Assembly: GCA_002269645.1 (NCBI GenBank)
Contig: NIVC01001115.1
Coordinates: 435,079 to 499,078, forward strand
Source: Macrostomum lignano
Taxonomy: Eukaryota
Length of the DNA: 64,000 nucleotides
Direction of reading: 5' to 3'
In this document: piece by piece, positions 1 through 13,368 of the stretch
Position numbering within the stretch: the first letter of the stretch is position 1
How the letters are laid out: every line of letters begins with the position of its first letter
Translations under genes and position numbers: made by a program
Notes under the pieces: model-generated
What the model saw: the letters and a program-made list of their open reading frames with translations, nothing else
What the model was told of the DNA's origin: nothing
The model's database searches: none

Positions 1-1400
1 ATAATGTCTAAAGCAAAAAATATAGAAGTTCAATATACATTATGTTACATAATTTAGAATAAGATACAAGGCCATTAGATAAGTTTTTTGATGAATTTAT
101 TATACAACTATGACTCCTTAAATCAAACTTAAACAACTAGCTTAACTGTTGAGGATTAATTTGACATGTTTCAAAGTGTTTTTTATAATATCTGCAAATA
201 TATCCACTTAAAAAACACTTACAACTAGCATATGGTGTATTGATAAATTATCTCCTGTCATAAAACAGACTATTACAGGTAGTTTTAATGAATGATTAAT
301 ATTAAATTATGATAAATAGGGATCATTTAATTCTTTAACTAATGGTTCTAAGCAAGAATTTAACCCAATATTCTTAATTTGTACAAGTAAATCACTACAA
401 AAAGTAAAATTCAATGTTAAATTTAAATGATCCAGGAAGTTCAAGATACTATAATAAAAAACATATAATTTATGTTTCTTAGCAAAACCTGTAAGATTGC
501 ACACTTTAATTTCATCTGAGTATAATTTTAAATATATCCCTTTTTGTGCATCAGAATAGATGTATTTTATGAAATACTTACTTTTAAAAAAGTTGTTACT
601 TTTGGTATAAGACATATCTATTAGATAATTTAGCAATTGTTCATTTTTAATAAGGGAGTTTAAAGTTTTAAATATTGAAATGTATTGAAAACTATATTTA
701 GAATCATTAGAATCAACTAAATTAAAGTTTTTTTGTAATATGCCAAGTATTTTTTATCATTTAGTAAATGCTCTAATGAAATTTCTATTATATCCTGCAA
801 ATTTAACATATTTACTAATAATGTGTCATTTTATACTGAAGGATTATGTACCTTCAGGAAACTATTAAATAAATAAAAATAATTTTTAGCAAAATCTAAA
901 ACTATTTCTTTAGCAACTTCACTAATTGCTAGACATTGCTCTTTTGGAATTAAAAAAATCCTTGCTTTTCAAATAAAAATAAACAAAATTTTCAGCTAAA
1001 TATTTTGTTACTTTTTCTCTTATTGCCTCTGGATTAAGAATTGAATTTGGATTTTCATTTCCAATAGGCATAGAAGATTCACCATGATTAATCACATCTA
1101 ACTGATTGATACTGTCTAGTTGACCTAAAAAGTCTTGATTATGCTCTTCATTAGAAAGTAAAGTAGTATCATTTAATTATAGAACTTGTTTGCAATAAAC
1201 TCTTCTAGCATGAGCCTTCAAGGTCTCAATAGAATTGCAAGAATGAAAACATAATTGTACAGGACATTTAAAAAAATTAACTCCAATCGAATGATGAGAT
1301 TTAATATGAGATAAAACTTGAATAACATTATTTGATGAAAAGGAACAAAATTGGTATGCAACCACCATGAAATACTTTTTAAATCATCCATCTAATTTTC
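1..1400 (-). mobile_element. Decayed CMC/EnSpm (CACTA-like) DNA transposase fragment, very AT-rich; runs off the window start
   Basis: ORF 307-636 has LKLYSDEIKVCNLTGFAKKHKLYVFYYSILN...GLNSCLEPLVKELN, resembling the LYYDDFExxNPLG..HKLxxFYF..LEPLVxEL motif of animal EnSpm-like transposases. Further downstream on the - strand (about 200-270) are TGDNLSIHHML and GYICRY. ORF 1177-1368 has two degenerate C2H2 fingers. Stops and frameshifts throughout. Family assigned from remembered motifs. Confidence 0.62.
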
Positions 1401-1745
1401 AGCTTTATTTAACATATAAAATGTATCCACAATTATTCATCTGAAAATGTAATGTGCAACCCAAGTTGATATTTGCTTAAATTTTTTAAAATTGTGACCT
1501 AATTTATGAAATGCAAAAAATCAATTAAAGGTAATCCAGACAACTTTTTTAAAACTGTGGGTTCTTTTTTTACATTTCCTTTGACTTTTGACTTTTAGAC
1601 CTTTAAGGTCCACAAAAGCATTCAGACCTTGAGCGGACCTCTGTAATTTACAGTGCAGACTACCAAAGTTACAAAGTAGACAAACTGCTCACAGTATGAA
1701 AGCCTTGTCACCTGTCTGTTAGTACCTTGGCAGAAAATTATAGCC

Positions 1746-2950
1746 TCAATGTTGTCCAGCAAGCTGAGCATAGCAGTCTTCTTTATGTTGACCACTAGAC
1801 CAACACTTGCTGCAGCGCTTATTAGCTAGTCCAGCTAGCACTAGGCACCCCTTGACAGTTGAGGACAGCAGAGTGAGATCATCAGCGTAGCCAAGCACAC
1901 ATTGCTGCAGCAAGAAGCCATGATTGTTAGAAGGGAGAGCAGTCTGTAGCACCCAGTCAAGCACCAATATAAACAGGAATGACACAAGCATCTCTATAAG
2001 GCACCATGGAGGATGTCTCAAAGAAATCTGATAGACATAGCAGCATTCATATCGTGATACAGTGCCATGACTGGAAATCAGCTGTTCTGGCATGTTAATG
2101 TTTATATGCATTATAAGGGCCATTGGGAGCATGGCCCTTATGACTGAGTCAAAAGCCTTCCTAAAGTCAATAAATAGAGCAATCAGGCTTGACTAGTGGA
2201 GCCGTGCTTCAATGACTCAGTGAAGAGCCAGGATCTGCACCACTGTGCTGTGATTAGGCTGGAACCCATTCTGATTAGGCTGCAAATATTGATTTAGCAT
2301 GGACTATAGGCAGATACCCTGGTGCTCCTCACGCTGTGTGGTGCCTGGCTTCTTTGGAATAGCAATGGTGTGCACCATGGTCCATTTGTTGAGTGCTACC
2401 TCACTAAAAAGCATGCAGTTCTTCACACTAGCAACCTCGCTGGCCATACAATGAAGTTGCAGTGCCTCAATGGGCACCCCATTTTGGACCCAGTACTTTG
2501 GTGCCCAGAGTCTTCTAGGCAAGCATCACAACATTGGCTGGTGCTACATTGAAATACTCCTTAAATTGTTTGGTAGCAGTGGTGGCAGTGTATTGATGAT
2601 AGCAGCTAAGAACTTCATTTCTGCGCTCGTAGCTCATTTCTACGCTCATCTGTAGACTGGAGTGTTACCAGCCAAGTTGAGTGGGATATGCCACTTCCGC
2701 CTGGTCAGAGCGTTGATAGCACTACCCTAGGCCATGCACCCTTTGGCTTTGGGTCTAGTGGCAGTGCAGTGACAGCCTAGATGGCATTGTCAACAGCGGC
2801 CTAATGCTGCTGCAGGTAGACAGCTACCAGAGCCTCCTCTGCCTTGCAAGTTGGCCACCTACTCAGATAGAGCCTCTCTAGTTCTGCCCTCACTTACCAA
2901 ATCTCAGGGTCTTCCTTCCATACTGGCTGCCTATGTTGGGCTAGTTGCAT
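1746..2950 (-). mobile_element. Decayed non-LTR retrotransposon reverse transcriptase fragment (RTE-like)
   Basis: ORF 1746-2132: FILVLDWVLQTAL...LGYADDLTLL (YADD catalytic motif). ORF 2304-2522: GVPIEAL...W..HTIAIPKKPG...QGICL (RT domains 0-1). Frameshifted. Confidence 0.75.
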
Positions 2951-3458
2951 CAGCAGGACTGCTTGTTTTACCATGGCTCTAGTACAAAAAAAGAAATACT
3001 TAATAAACTTTGGTTTGAAAATATAACATAAAATACAAAAAGCACTGTAGTACAGTACAGACTTACATATCAAGTTATTTATGTTTTTTAATAAAATTCT
3101 CTGGATACATTTTTATTTTATGATATTATGTACATCAACTGCACATCTTTGTACTTTTATGCCAGCTTCTCCCTAGGATCTTGATAAAAATATTAAATTT
3201 TGGCATAAAGTAAACCCAAATTATGGTTAAGTTTAATTAAAAGTTTTCTAAAATTATTCTTTTTATCTTCAAGCTTCTCTGTGGTAATTGCATTTAGCAC
3301 CAGAATCAATTAGTTGCCATTTAAAATTGACTATTGTTTGGGCATAAATTTAGGGTAAATCGATTTGTTTTATTTAAGTCTGTTGTATTCGTATCATATA
3401 TGCAAATACCCAATCAGCACAATGATATGTGACATCATATTCCTAATCATTCATGTAG

Positions 3459-5360
3459 CACACTGCTGGGCATTGCTGGTAATGATTACTGTCTTGTGGC
3501 TTCGGACACCCGACTCTGCGAGGCCGACTACTACATGATCTATTCTCGCAGGCATCCGCACATCTGGCAGATGACACCCTCTGTTCTGGTTGGCGGTGTT
3601 GGATTTCAGGTAGGATGTCAAGAAATGATGCCGCATGGCATGGCACCTGAGTTTAAACAGTCGCAAATAAAGTGTTCTTGCAATTTTACAGGGCGACTGC
3701 CTCACGTTTATGAAGATGATGCAAACCAAAGTGAAGCTGTACCAGTACGAGTTCGGCCGCAGTCCGGACACCTCGGCCATTGCCCAGATGATCTCCATCG
3801 CCCTGTACAATCGCCGGTTCTTTCCCTACTACGTGTACAACATGGTCGCCGGCCTGGACGCCGAAGGTCGCGGCGCGCTGTACACTTACGATCCTGTTGG
3901 CAATGTTGAACGCGCGCTGTACCGGGCCGAAGGCAACGCCTCCGCCATCCTGCAGCCGTTCCTTGACAACCAGATCGGACGCAAAAATCAGGGAGATGTG
4001 GCCGGCCCAGGTAAAGTGACTAACCTACTGTTGAAAACAGAATTGAGCCTTTGAAATGTCGCGAATTAATCAAAACTCATCATGAGAATCTCCCTAAGAA
4101 TCATCATGAAAATTTCTCTAAGAATCATCATGAGAATCTCCCTATTAATCATGAGAATCTCTCTAAGAATCATCATGAGAATCTCCCTATTAATCATGAG
4201 AATCTCTCTAAGAATCATCATGAGAATCTCCCTATTAATCGTGAGAATCTCTCTAAGAATCATCATGAGAATCTCCCTATTAATCATGAGAATCTCTCTA
4301 AGAATCATCATGAGAATCTCCCTATTAATCATGAGAATCTCTCTAAGAATCATCATGAGAATCTCCCTATTAATCATGATAATCTCTCTAAGAATCATCA
4401 TGAGAATCTCCCTATTAATCATGAGAATCTCTCTAAGAATCATCATGAGAATCTCCCTATTAATCATGAGAATCTCCCTATTAATCATGATAATCTCTCT
4501 AAGAATCATCATGAGAATCTCCCTATTAATCATGAGAATCTCTCTAAGAATCATCATGAGAATCTCCCTATTAATCATGATAATCTCTCTAAGAATCATC
4601 ATGAGAATCTCCCTATTAATCATGAGAATCTCTCTAAGAATCATCATGAGAATCTCCCTATTAATCATGAGAATCTCTCTAAGAATCATCATGAGAATCT
4701 CCCTATTAATCATGAGAATCTCTCTAAGAATCATCATGAGAATCTCCCTATTAATCATGAGAATCTCTCTAAGAATCATCATGAGAATCTCCCTATTAAT
4801 CATGAGAATCTCTCTATGAATCATCATGAGAATCTCCCTATTAATCATGAGAATCTCTCTAAGAATCATCATGAGAATCTCCCTATTAATCGTGAGAATC
4901 TCTCTAAGAATCATCATGAGAATCTCTCTAAGAATCATCATGAGAATCTCCCTATTAATCATGATAATCTCTCTAAGAATCATCATGATAATCTCTCTAA
5001 GCATCATCATGAGAATCTCCCTAAGCATCATCATGAGAAATCTCCCTAAGAATCATGAGAATCACCCTAGGAATCATGAGAATCTTCCTAAGAATCATGA
5101 GAATCACCCTAGGAATCATGAGAATCACCCTAAGAATCATCATAAGAATCGCCCCCAAGATCCAGTCGTGAGTTAAGCCGCCATCTCGTCCTTCAACCCC
5201 AGGCGACCTCGCCCTGCCCAAAGAAGACGCCGTGAAGCTGGCTCACGACATCTTCATCAGCGCCGCTGAGCGGGACATCTGCTGTGGCGATGGCGTCGTG
5301 ATCCAGGTGGTCACCGCGGCCGGTGTTGAGAATTACAACTACCAGCTGAGAAAGGACTGA
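3459..5360 (+). CDS. PSMB1: Proteasome subunit beta type-1 (beta6) homolog; exons 3459-3609, 3692-4010, 5203-5360; first exon not identified
   Basis: Spliced translation TLLGIAGNDYCLVASDTRL...GFQ|GDCLTF...LYNRRFFPYYVYNMVAGLD...DPVG...AILQPFLDNQIG..|..DIFISAAERDICCGDGV...LRKD*. GT-AG boundaries with compatible phases. Confidence 0.93.
4066..5150. repeat. AT-rich minisatellite, composite 45 bp unit (24+21: AATCATCATGAGAATCTCCCTATT AATCATGAGAATCTCTCTAAG), inside the last PSMB1 intron
   Basis: Direct reading; 15-aa periodicity of the overlapping ORFs. Confidence 0.95.
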
Positions 5361-5915
5361 GTTACACTTCTACGTATAAGAGGCCATCAACTTCGTTTGA
5401 ACACGACAATAGACTTCAATGCTTCAATTAAATTTTTTTGTATAGGTAGGCCAAGTAAATGTCTCTGAAAGTCCAGTTTTCAAGGAAGGTGAAGTCTTAC
5501 TTATCCCGTTTAAATCTAATATTATCAAATAAATATAATATGTCATATAATCCTCTTTAAAATGTTCTCTACACACTACTTCTATCTAGAAGTAGTATGA
5601 ATTGGTATGCTGTTATTAATAAAACTTTATAAATAAGACTACTCTGATGTCCTGTGCATTGTTTGTAACACCGGTTTAACTAATTAAACCACACAAAGAT
5701 AAATAGTCGAACTTTTTGTTGTTATTTTTCTATACTAATTGTCCATATATTTTAGTCATAAATAGTAAAGCTATATACTGCAAATTATAAGCTGCAAATA
5801 ATCATTCAAGACTGCACTAAATTGCCTCTTACACGTAATCAGGGAATAAGTTTATTAATACCTAATTATAAACAGTAAAATGTTTTATATGGTGAATATA
5901 AATAAATGGTGTATA

Positions 5916-6225
5916 GGGGGTTGTAGCCTAGTAGTTGGAGCGGCGGAATCATGACTGGAAGGTTGGGGGTTCGATTCCCGATCCCAATGGAACAATTTGC
6001 GTCCTTTGTGCAAGACGCTGAACTCTGTATTGCTTCAGTTCACCCAGCTGTAAAATGGGTGCCAGCATTAGCTGGGGTAATTGAGGCTGTGTGTGGCAAC
6101 TCCCCAGTCCTTAGACTGAACAGTCCTACTAAGCCTTCAGATGTGCCGCGCAATAGCTGCGGCTGAGCTGTCGGTTGCACATCTGCCCATTAGGACAGGT
6201 GTAATCAGTTATGATTATTATTATG
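5916..6225 (+). mobile_element. tRNA-derived SINE, family A (CORE-like central domain)
   Basis: A-box-like TAGCCTAGTAG and B-box GGTTCGATTCC, then ...CAAGACGCTGAACTCTGTATTGCTTCAGTTCACCCAGCTGTAAAATGGGTGCCAG, then a (TTA)n-like tail. Homologous copies at about 49325-49525 (-) and 57995-58290 (+). Confidence 0.8.
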
Positions 6226-6358
6226 AATAAATACATTAAAACCTCCACCATTGTCAAAACATGAAAAAGTTACATGTAATTAGTTAAGGTTTTATAACAA
6301 ATGGATAAAAATGTCAATAATGCCCTCAACCGTTGTCAATAAAAGTACACACTGTTCG

Positions 6359-9300
6359 TCAATTGCCCGCAGTCTCAGCCGCCTTCCTGTAGTCGCCGCT
6401 AGTCTGCCAGGAGCCGTCCGGCAGGCGTTGCATAATCTCCACGACGCTCTTACTAGTAGTGGACGTCACACTGTGTCCTCTCTTTTTCAGTTCCTCTAGA
6501 ACCGTCTAAAATGGTTATTGTTGTGGGTATAAAATGCAAACTTTTTCGAATTGCGGAAAATTCGAAAGAAATCAAAATTAATTGGCAATGACATATCTGA
6601 ACTTGAAGCGGACCTTCTCAGCTTCACTGTTGCTTTTATTCCAGTACTGAATGTCATTCGGTGACAGCTCGTGATGCAGTCGGAATGCGTCCGTCGCCTC
6701 TTTGACGTTCTGTTTCAAGTAAATCAGCCTTGCCAGCACGCTGGTCAACGCTGAGGTGATGAGTGATCCACCGGCGGCGCCTCCGATGTACCGGAGCTGA
6801 TCGCTGCTCTGCTCAGTGATGAACACAGGTGCTGCCGAGGACATGGGGCGCTTGCCTGCGGGGGGGGGGTATAATTAACACTAGGCGATTTCTACTCTTT
6901 AAGTAGCAATAATCCGCTTAGGTGGGAGGCCGTCGTAGCCCAGCGGTTTTGTGCGGCGCTGTGACAGCGGCCAAGGCTGGATTCCAAGTGCAGTCGCATT
7001 ATAATTTGGGGCTAAATTCGAATCTCGGCTTGGCTCTGCTAGTGCAATTAACGCCACTGAGGGCCAACCCTTAAGGCACAGTGAAGTTTACATGTACATG
7101 CCTCGGAATGGGCAGTAATGCCTCTCGCATGTTGATCGTGACAATGTCGCTTAAAGTGAGCAGCCCCTGCTTCTAATAAAAAGTCCATTGGCTACACTGA
7201 TCCGGAAGATAAACAATGAGAGCTCAGTCCAAACTATTTTAATGAGAGTAGCTCAACCTGGCTTGATGTAATTAGCCGCCGAAGTCGGTATTGGATTATT
7301 GTTTTTGTCGCGCTTATTCCGCCAAGAGAAGTCCTCCATTTGATTGTTGTATACTCGTAGAATGCCCGTTTTCGATCCTTTATTTAACGAGCCGAAGCTG
7401 AAAATGGTGCAGAACAGTGTCTGGTGCAGAACATGTATAGCAGGGGTTGGCAAACTACTCCGGCCCGCAAAGCCTCTCTATCCGGCCCTCACAATAGCAA
7501 TCGCTCCCGCTCAAAGTTTGTGCCGATCTTTTTAGCTTTCTTCTCTCACCTCTTCTCCTCTCCTCTCTTCTCATCTCCTCTCCTTTCCATCTCTCTTCCT
7601 TTATTCCTTCGCCACTCCTTTCTCTACTTCTCTTCTCTATTGCCTCTCCTCTCTCCCCTCCTCTGGCCCGCAGTCATGCGCTGGGTTCTCTATCCGGCCG
7701 TGGAGGTAAAACGTTTGCCGATCCTTAATCTATAGTCTAACCCCTCCGGTTCACCTTGCACCCCCCCCCCCGACACTCACTAATTATTTATCGAAGAAGT
7801 AACAACCACGGCGTTGCCTTCGGAGTCTACTAGGGATACGTGAGTGGTGCCCGAGTCCGTGAACTGCTTATAGCTCGGTCCGTAGTATTCGACATCCTGA
7901 GTCGCATTGTCGAAGATCTTCGAACGAGTTTCGGCAGCCAACAGTTTGGAGGTCAAATTGGCAACCAGCACGGCCATGTTCTCGGTGCCATCATCGCCCA
8001 GGTAGGATTTTTTAGCATAGCCGAACTTGATCGCTTCTATCATTCTGTGGTGAAAGGTTGCGTAGCTGTCCAGCTTGTCCTTGACAGTCGGCCCCATCCT
8101 GTAGCCGTCCAGCACGTTGAGAATGAATCCCAGGACTGCACCTCCTGACGGTGGTGGCATCGAGTAGAGACGGAGACCGCTCTCATCGAGCTCTACTGAT
8201 ATGGGATCTGGCTCGGCGACATTGTACTGTCGCAAATCCTCTTTGGTTACTTTTCCCCCGGCCTCGGAAATCTCCTTAACAATATCATCGGCAAGTTGGC
8301 CATTGTAGAATGACATTGGGTCGTTAGCGATAGTATCAAACGTTCTGGCAAGTTTCTCGTCAGTAAAAGTTTCACCCGCTGCGTAAAACGCACCAGTGGC
8401 TGGGTTTCGAACCGCCTTGTACAGCGCTGACTCCTTCACAGAGTTGACAGAGGGGATGGCTTGTACCAGCGGCTTCGTCACTTCCACACCGCTGCGCAGC
8501 AGGTCCGCCACCCTTTTTACCAAGTCGCTCCAACGCAGCCGCCCGTGTCTGGAGTGAGCTCGGTGCAGTCCGGCCACTTCGCCCGGTACAGCGATCGCTA
8601 TTTTGCGGATTTGGCTGTTCGGCAAGTTGTCGAACATGTTCGGAGTGGCCTGTCTGGGCGCAACCTCCCGGTAGTTGTACGCGGTCACAGCTTTTGTAGT
8701 ACTGGCAATATCCGAAGCAGGAAAGTGGATATTGGATTCTCAATTTATACATTACAAGAATTACGAGGTGTGAACAATTTCTTTAAATCAGGGGCCGGCA
8801 AACTCCGGCTCGCGGGCCGCTTGCGGTCCGCGAAGCCTCTCTATCTAGCCATAGGGTCCTTTGAAACTTCACAATAGCAACCCGGCCCGCTCCTCTCTCT
8901 CCTCTCTCCCCTCCTCTGTCCCCTTCTTTCTCCCTTTCTCTCTCTCTTCTCTCCTTGTCTATCTCCCCTCCTCTCTCCCCTTCTCTCTCCTTCCTCTCTC
9001 CCCTTTTCTCTCCCCTTCTCTCTCCCTCCTCTCTCCCCTTTTCTCTCCCCTTCTCTCTCCCCGTCTCTCTCCTCTTCTCTCTCGTTCCTCATCTCTCATC
9101 TCCTCTCCTCTCTCCCTTCTCTCTCCTCTCTCCTCTCTCCCCTCCTCTCTCCTCTCCCCTATCCCTCTCTTCTCTCTTTTCTTTTTGGTCCTTAAGGTAG
9201 AAAAGTCAACATCGTACTAAAAGTCAAAATTTGATTAGAAAATTGGCATCTACTCGTATTGATGAAGTTCCTGCATACAATTATAAAAATCCCTCAAGCA

Positions 9301-10521
9301 GCAATCTCACCTGTTGTAGTGCATCAGGAAAGAGCCTCCGCCGATGCCGTTGCTATGGAAATTAGTCACGCCAACGCACAGCACAGTTGTCACTGCCGCG
9401 TCCATCGCATTGCCATTGTGCTCGCTGATCACTTGAGCGCCAAGCCGGCTGCAATGGGTGGCATCGGAGGTGACGCCATAGCGCCTGTAGGTCACCAACT
9501 CCTGGTCCGAGACGGTGTCTTTTAGCCAAGGCTGACCCTCTGCATTGGTTATTGACAGAGCAAGAACTGTTTCAGGCCGGTTCAAATTATCTCTAGTAGC
9601 TTCTCAAATGATACACTGCTCAAATCAATTTAACACAATATGCCTGAATCAAGGGTGCGTTAGAGCACTCTTACCATTGGGCTAAAATATTCTATTTATA
9701 TTTTACAATCAAATCATAATTGCACTGAGGAAGAATATTCCAAATATTGGCAATTCGCTTAAACATCTGCGATACGGCGTCAGTGCTTTGGGGTTTGAGG
9801 ACTTTTCCCTCTTTCCCCTCTCTCCTTTCCTTCTCTCCCCTCTCCTCTCCCCTTTGATCCTCTCCCATACTCTCTCCTCTCTTCTCCCCTCTCCTATCCC
9901 CTCTCCTCTCCTCTCCCCTTGATCCTCTCCCATACTCTCTCCTCTCTTCTCCCCTCTCCTATCCCCTCTCCTCTCCTCTCCCCTTGATCCTCTCCCATAC
10001 TCTCTCCTCTCCCCTCTCCCCTCTCCTCTCCCCTCTCCTCTCCCCTCTCCTCTCTCCTCTCAATCAACACGTATCTGCATGGATGTTCATTTCAGCCAAT
10101 CGTTCGAGCTAGCTCGTATCTCATTGTAGAGTTCCCTATTTCTCTCCCTAACTATGCATAGTTTAGACAAATACGCTAATATTTGACCAGCAGATCGAGC
10201 CACGGCAGCTTTAATGAGAGCAATTTAGTGCCTATAGAGTGCAGATTCTATCAATTAGCTACTTACTTGTTAAATGGATTGCAAAGCAGATACCGACACA
10301 GATCAACGCAACAACTGCGACTACTGCTGACACTCCAATAATCCTGCAACAACCAACGAACGAACAGATAGATACTAACGTTAGCTAGCTAATTAGAATT
10401 TAAAAAGATTAAGGTTCAAACTTTGCGAAGTCAAAACAGACATGCATTAAGCTTACCAGATGCAAATACGTTTTATTTTTTCTCTATTACAGGTGTTACT
10501 AGTCGTGTCTTGGTTTCCCAT
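6359..10521 (-). CDS. GGT1: Gamma-glutamyltranspeptidase (type II membrane protein); exons 10457-10521, 10267-10343, 9311-9590, 7781-8701, 7258-7397, 6614-6855, 6359-6505
   Basis: Complete phase-consistent splice model: MGNQD..TM(IIGVSAVVAVVALICVGICF)..NAMDAAVTTVLCVGV..GIGGGSF..REVAP..IAVPGEVAG..PPPSGG..SGTTHVSLVD (catalytic Thr)..YNNQMEDFS..PGKRPMSS..GAAGGS..RGH..DYRK..GN*. The symbol is a family-level label; orthology untested. Confidence 0.93.
6925..7190 (+). mobile_element. Interspersed repeat, SINE-like family B (in a GGT intron); second copy at about 55750-56130
   Basis: Both copies share GAATCTCGGCTTGGCTCTGCTxGTGCAATTAAC...AAGGCACAGTGAAGTxTACATG and ACAATGTCGCTTAAA...AATAAAAA. Both heads have an A-box-like GTAGCCCA. 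Confidence 0.65.
7441..7727 (+). mobile_element. hAT-type MITE with imperfect TIRs and near-perfect 8 bp TSD
   Basis: 5' CAGGGGTTGGCAAAC, 3' GTTTGCCGATCCTTA. Flanks ATGTATAG (7433-7440) and ATCTATAG (7728-7735). Internal CT-rich tract. Confidence 0.75.
8789..9210 (+). mobile_element. Related hAT-type MITE, 3' end degenerate; a third degenerate copy lies at about 12030-12345
   Basis: Starts CAGGGGCCGGCAAACTCCGGCTCGCGGGCC and shares CGAAGCCTCTCTATC...GGGTCCTTTGAAACTTC and the CT-rich core with the other copies. Confidence 0.6.
9800..10040. repeat. Polypyrimidine low-complexity repeat with about 55 bp duplications
   Basis: Repeated GATCCTCTCCCATACTCTCTCC motif within the CT tract. Confidence 0.8.
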
Positions 10522-11092
10522 GAATAAAAAGGGTCAAATCTAAAAGGATTTTGAATAGCCAGTGCAAAATAAATCAATGAATTTTTAAAGGTGGGAATAT
10601 TGAAGTTATACGAGCTATAATTAACTTCTATGAAGTTATAGTCTATGAAGTGCGTTTACCTACGATCGCATATGCTTACCCAAGAAACTTCTGAAAACAA
10701 TTGACTCCTAAACTGCAAAAGCAAACAAAGTTGAGTCTTTCTTCATGCGCATTGAATGCTTTTTACATTTCTATAAGTATATTACCGGTATATGCTCCAT
10801 GAATTTTGCGATTGGCTGGCATGCAGTAGAATCGATATCTTTGGGAAAACTGTCTGTCTGCACTGCACTGGAAGGAAAGCGATGAGTCTTTGTTTGCAAG
10901 CTGTTGTCTCAGACCGTCTCTGAACCAATGCTTGAGCACGTAGTGGGCAGCTGTTTTGAGAGGGAACTTCCTTTCTTACTTTTTGCTCAGTCAAAGCTGC
11001 CCAGCTGTTACAGTAAATAGCTTTTATTTAACTATACATACAAGTAATAACCAAGACTCACCAGAAAAAAGTCATTAGGATTCCAATAAAGG

Positions 11093-11500
11093 CTTGTGAA
11101 GTTTCCAGCTTGTGAAGTTTCCAGCTTGTGAAGTTTCGAGTTTGTGAAGTTTCCAGCTTGTGAAGTTTCGAGTTTGTGAAGTTTCCAGCTTGTGACGTTT
11201 CCAGCTTGTGAAGTTTCCATCTTGTGAAGTTTCCAGCTTGTGAAGTTTCCATCTTGTGAAGTTTCCAGCTTGTGAAGTTTCCATCTTGTGAAGTTTCCAG
11301 CTTGTGAAGTTTCCAGCTTGTGAAGTTTCCAGCTTGTGAAGTTTCCAGCTTGTGAAGTTTCCAGCTTGTGAAGTTTCCAGCTTGTGACGTTTCCAGCTTG
11401 TGAAGTTTCCAGCTTGTGAAGTTTCCATCTTGTGACGTTTCCAGCTTGTGACGTTTCCAGCTTGTGAAGTTTCCATCTTGTGAAGTTTCCAGCTTGTGAA
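11093..11500. repeat. 16 bp minisatellite (TGTGAAGTTTCCAGCT)n
   Basis: Direct reading. Confidence 0.95.
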
Positions 11501-13368
11501 GCGACTTTCCCATAATTAGCAAGAAGAAAAATTGTTTAGAAGATTTTAACTTTATTGCAGAATGTACCTTGAGCACAGACCATATAAAATGGTCTGTGAG
11601 CTTGAGTCATTTTGGAAACTAATTGAGTCTATCTACATAAACGCGTCGTTTAGTGCTCTACAGTTTTGTCCAGTTAGATTGTCTTTGTTTCAGCTTGTGA
11701 AGTTACTTTAAGTCAACTGCCCCTGTCGGATCAGCGGTCTCGTCTCTATTATAGGAAGCTCAGCAATGAGCATCTGTTGCCATAATTCCATTGCAACCCA
11801 TCCGACTTGTTTTAACTGTGCACAGGCACAAATTAAGAAGTTAGAAGCTCTGAGAAGGGCGGCGCGGGGCTCTTCTTGACAATGTCTCAGAACTCAAGAG
11901 CTCCCTATTAGGGAACAATCCACACACAGGCCAAAGCAGGTGCAGCCTGTGCAATGCATTGATGGGGGAGGGATATGTGTCCTCATATCCTTTTGTAAGC
12001 GTACGGTAATACAGCACGGCTGTCTCAGCCTTTTATGGTTTAGTGCAGCCCGCGAAGCCTCTATCTGGTCCTCGGGTCCTTTGGAACTTCCAAATAGCGA
12101 TCTCCTCTCTCTTCTCTTCCCTCTCCTCTCTCTCTCTCTCTTTCTCTCTCTCATTTCCTCTCCTTTCATGTCCTCTTCTCTCCCCTCTCTCCTCTCCGCT
12201 CTTCTCTCATCTTACCTGCTTTCTTATTTCTATAATCTCATGCCATCTCTCGCTTATCCTCTCTCATCACTCATCTATTCTCACGCCTTTCCACTCTCAT
12301 CTGGCCCGTAGCCATGAGCTGATTTTTTATCTAGCACTTGATGTGAAAAAATTGCTTTCACTGTTTCGATAATTCACTGTTAATATATATTGTGAATACA
12401 CACAGTGACTAATAAGTATAGCCTAAAATAGAGAGAATAAAAGGAAAATTATTGAATTGTACTGATCGACTAATTTACGGATCGAGATGAAGAGGGATTT
12501 GTTGCAGAAATTAGTTTCCTGATGAAAAAATGTGAGTTTAGTACCTTTGTGTTAAACCGCGTGAATACTTGCTTTCATTACGAGCTACAACCAGTTTAAA
12601 CCTAGCTATCGTACTTTAAGTAGGGTGCATAGAATTTCGACCAGTAAAATTATAAAAAAGAAAAAGAAAAATCGCAGAATTCGTACACAAATATATATGT
12701 ACAGTGGTACTAATCAAGTACACAATATACTCGTATTAGTTAATAAAATTTGCAACAATCTGCTTCTACTACGAGTATATTTGTCACAGATCAGCATTTA
12801 AAACACAGCAGAAAAGCAAAACTTTTACAGAACAGAGCCCGCAAGCAAAATGCCCAACTGCAAATTTTAACAGGATTATGTCAAGTCGTCACTTTATCCC
12901 TGCTGGGTTTAAGAAAACACATTTATGTGCGCAATTTAAAATATTTACCGTAGGAAAAAAAATAATATTACATCCTGTGCTACATTCAGACGAATCTGAC
13001 AATTGCAATCACCAGTGTCTACACAGAATTTAGAAAAGGTAGCGCTGATCCTGCACCGGCTCCCTGAATTCTCTTCTTTTTGAAACATTTGAAATTATTC
13101 GAGGTAGTTCGTAATTCTATTTATAGCCTATGGAAATAAAAAACTGTGAAAATAAAACACCCCCGATGAAGACAGAAAGATGCTGTTTTCATCCTAGACC
13201 GAAGCACGAAAGCAAAAATTCTAGAATTGCAGAAAAATTCTAGACTGAGAAACGAAATATTTTTGTGGCAGTTTTTTCTACCACTGGGCTGATCAAGGAC
13301 TGCTAAGTTTTGAATATAGAAACTTTGAAAATTCGTTTCTTTTTGCTCTTCTTTCAAACGCTGTCTAA

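Noticed and set aside
4051-5176. His/Asn-rich and other long ORFs on both strands
   Set aside because: Translations of the 45 bp minisatellite inside a well-defined PSMB1 intron.
5916-5995. tRNA gene
   Set aside because: It has A and B boxes but no convincing cloverleaf, and it continues into a SINE body found in three copies.
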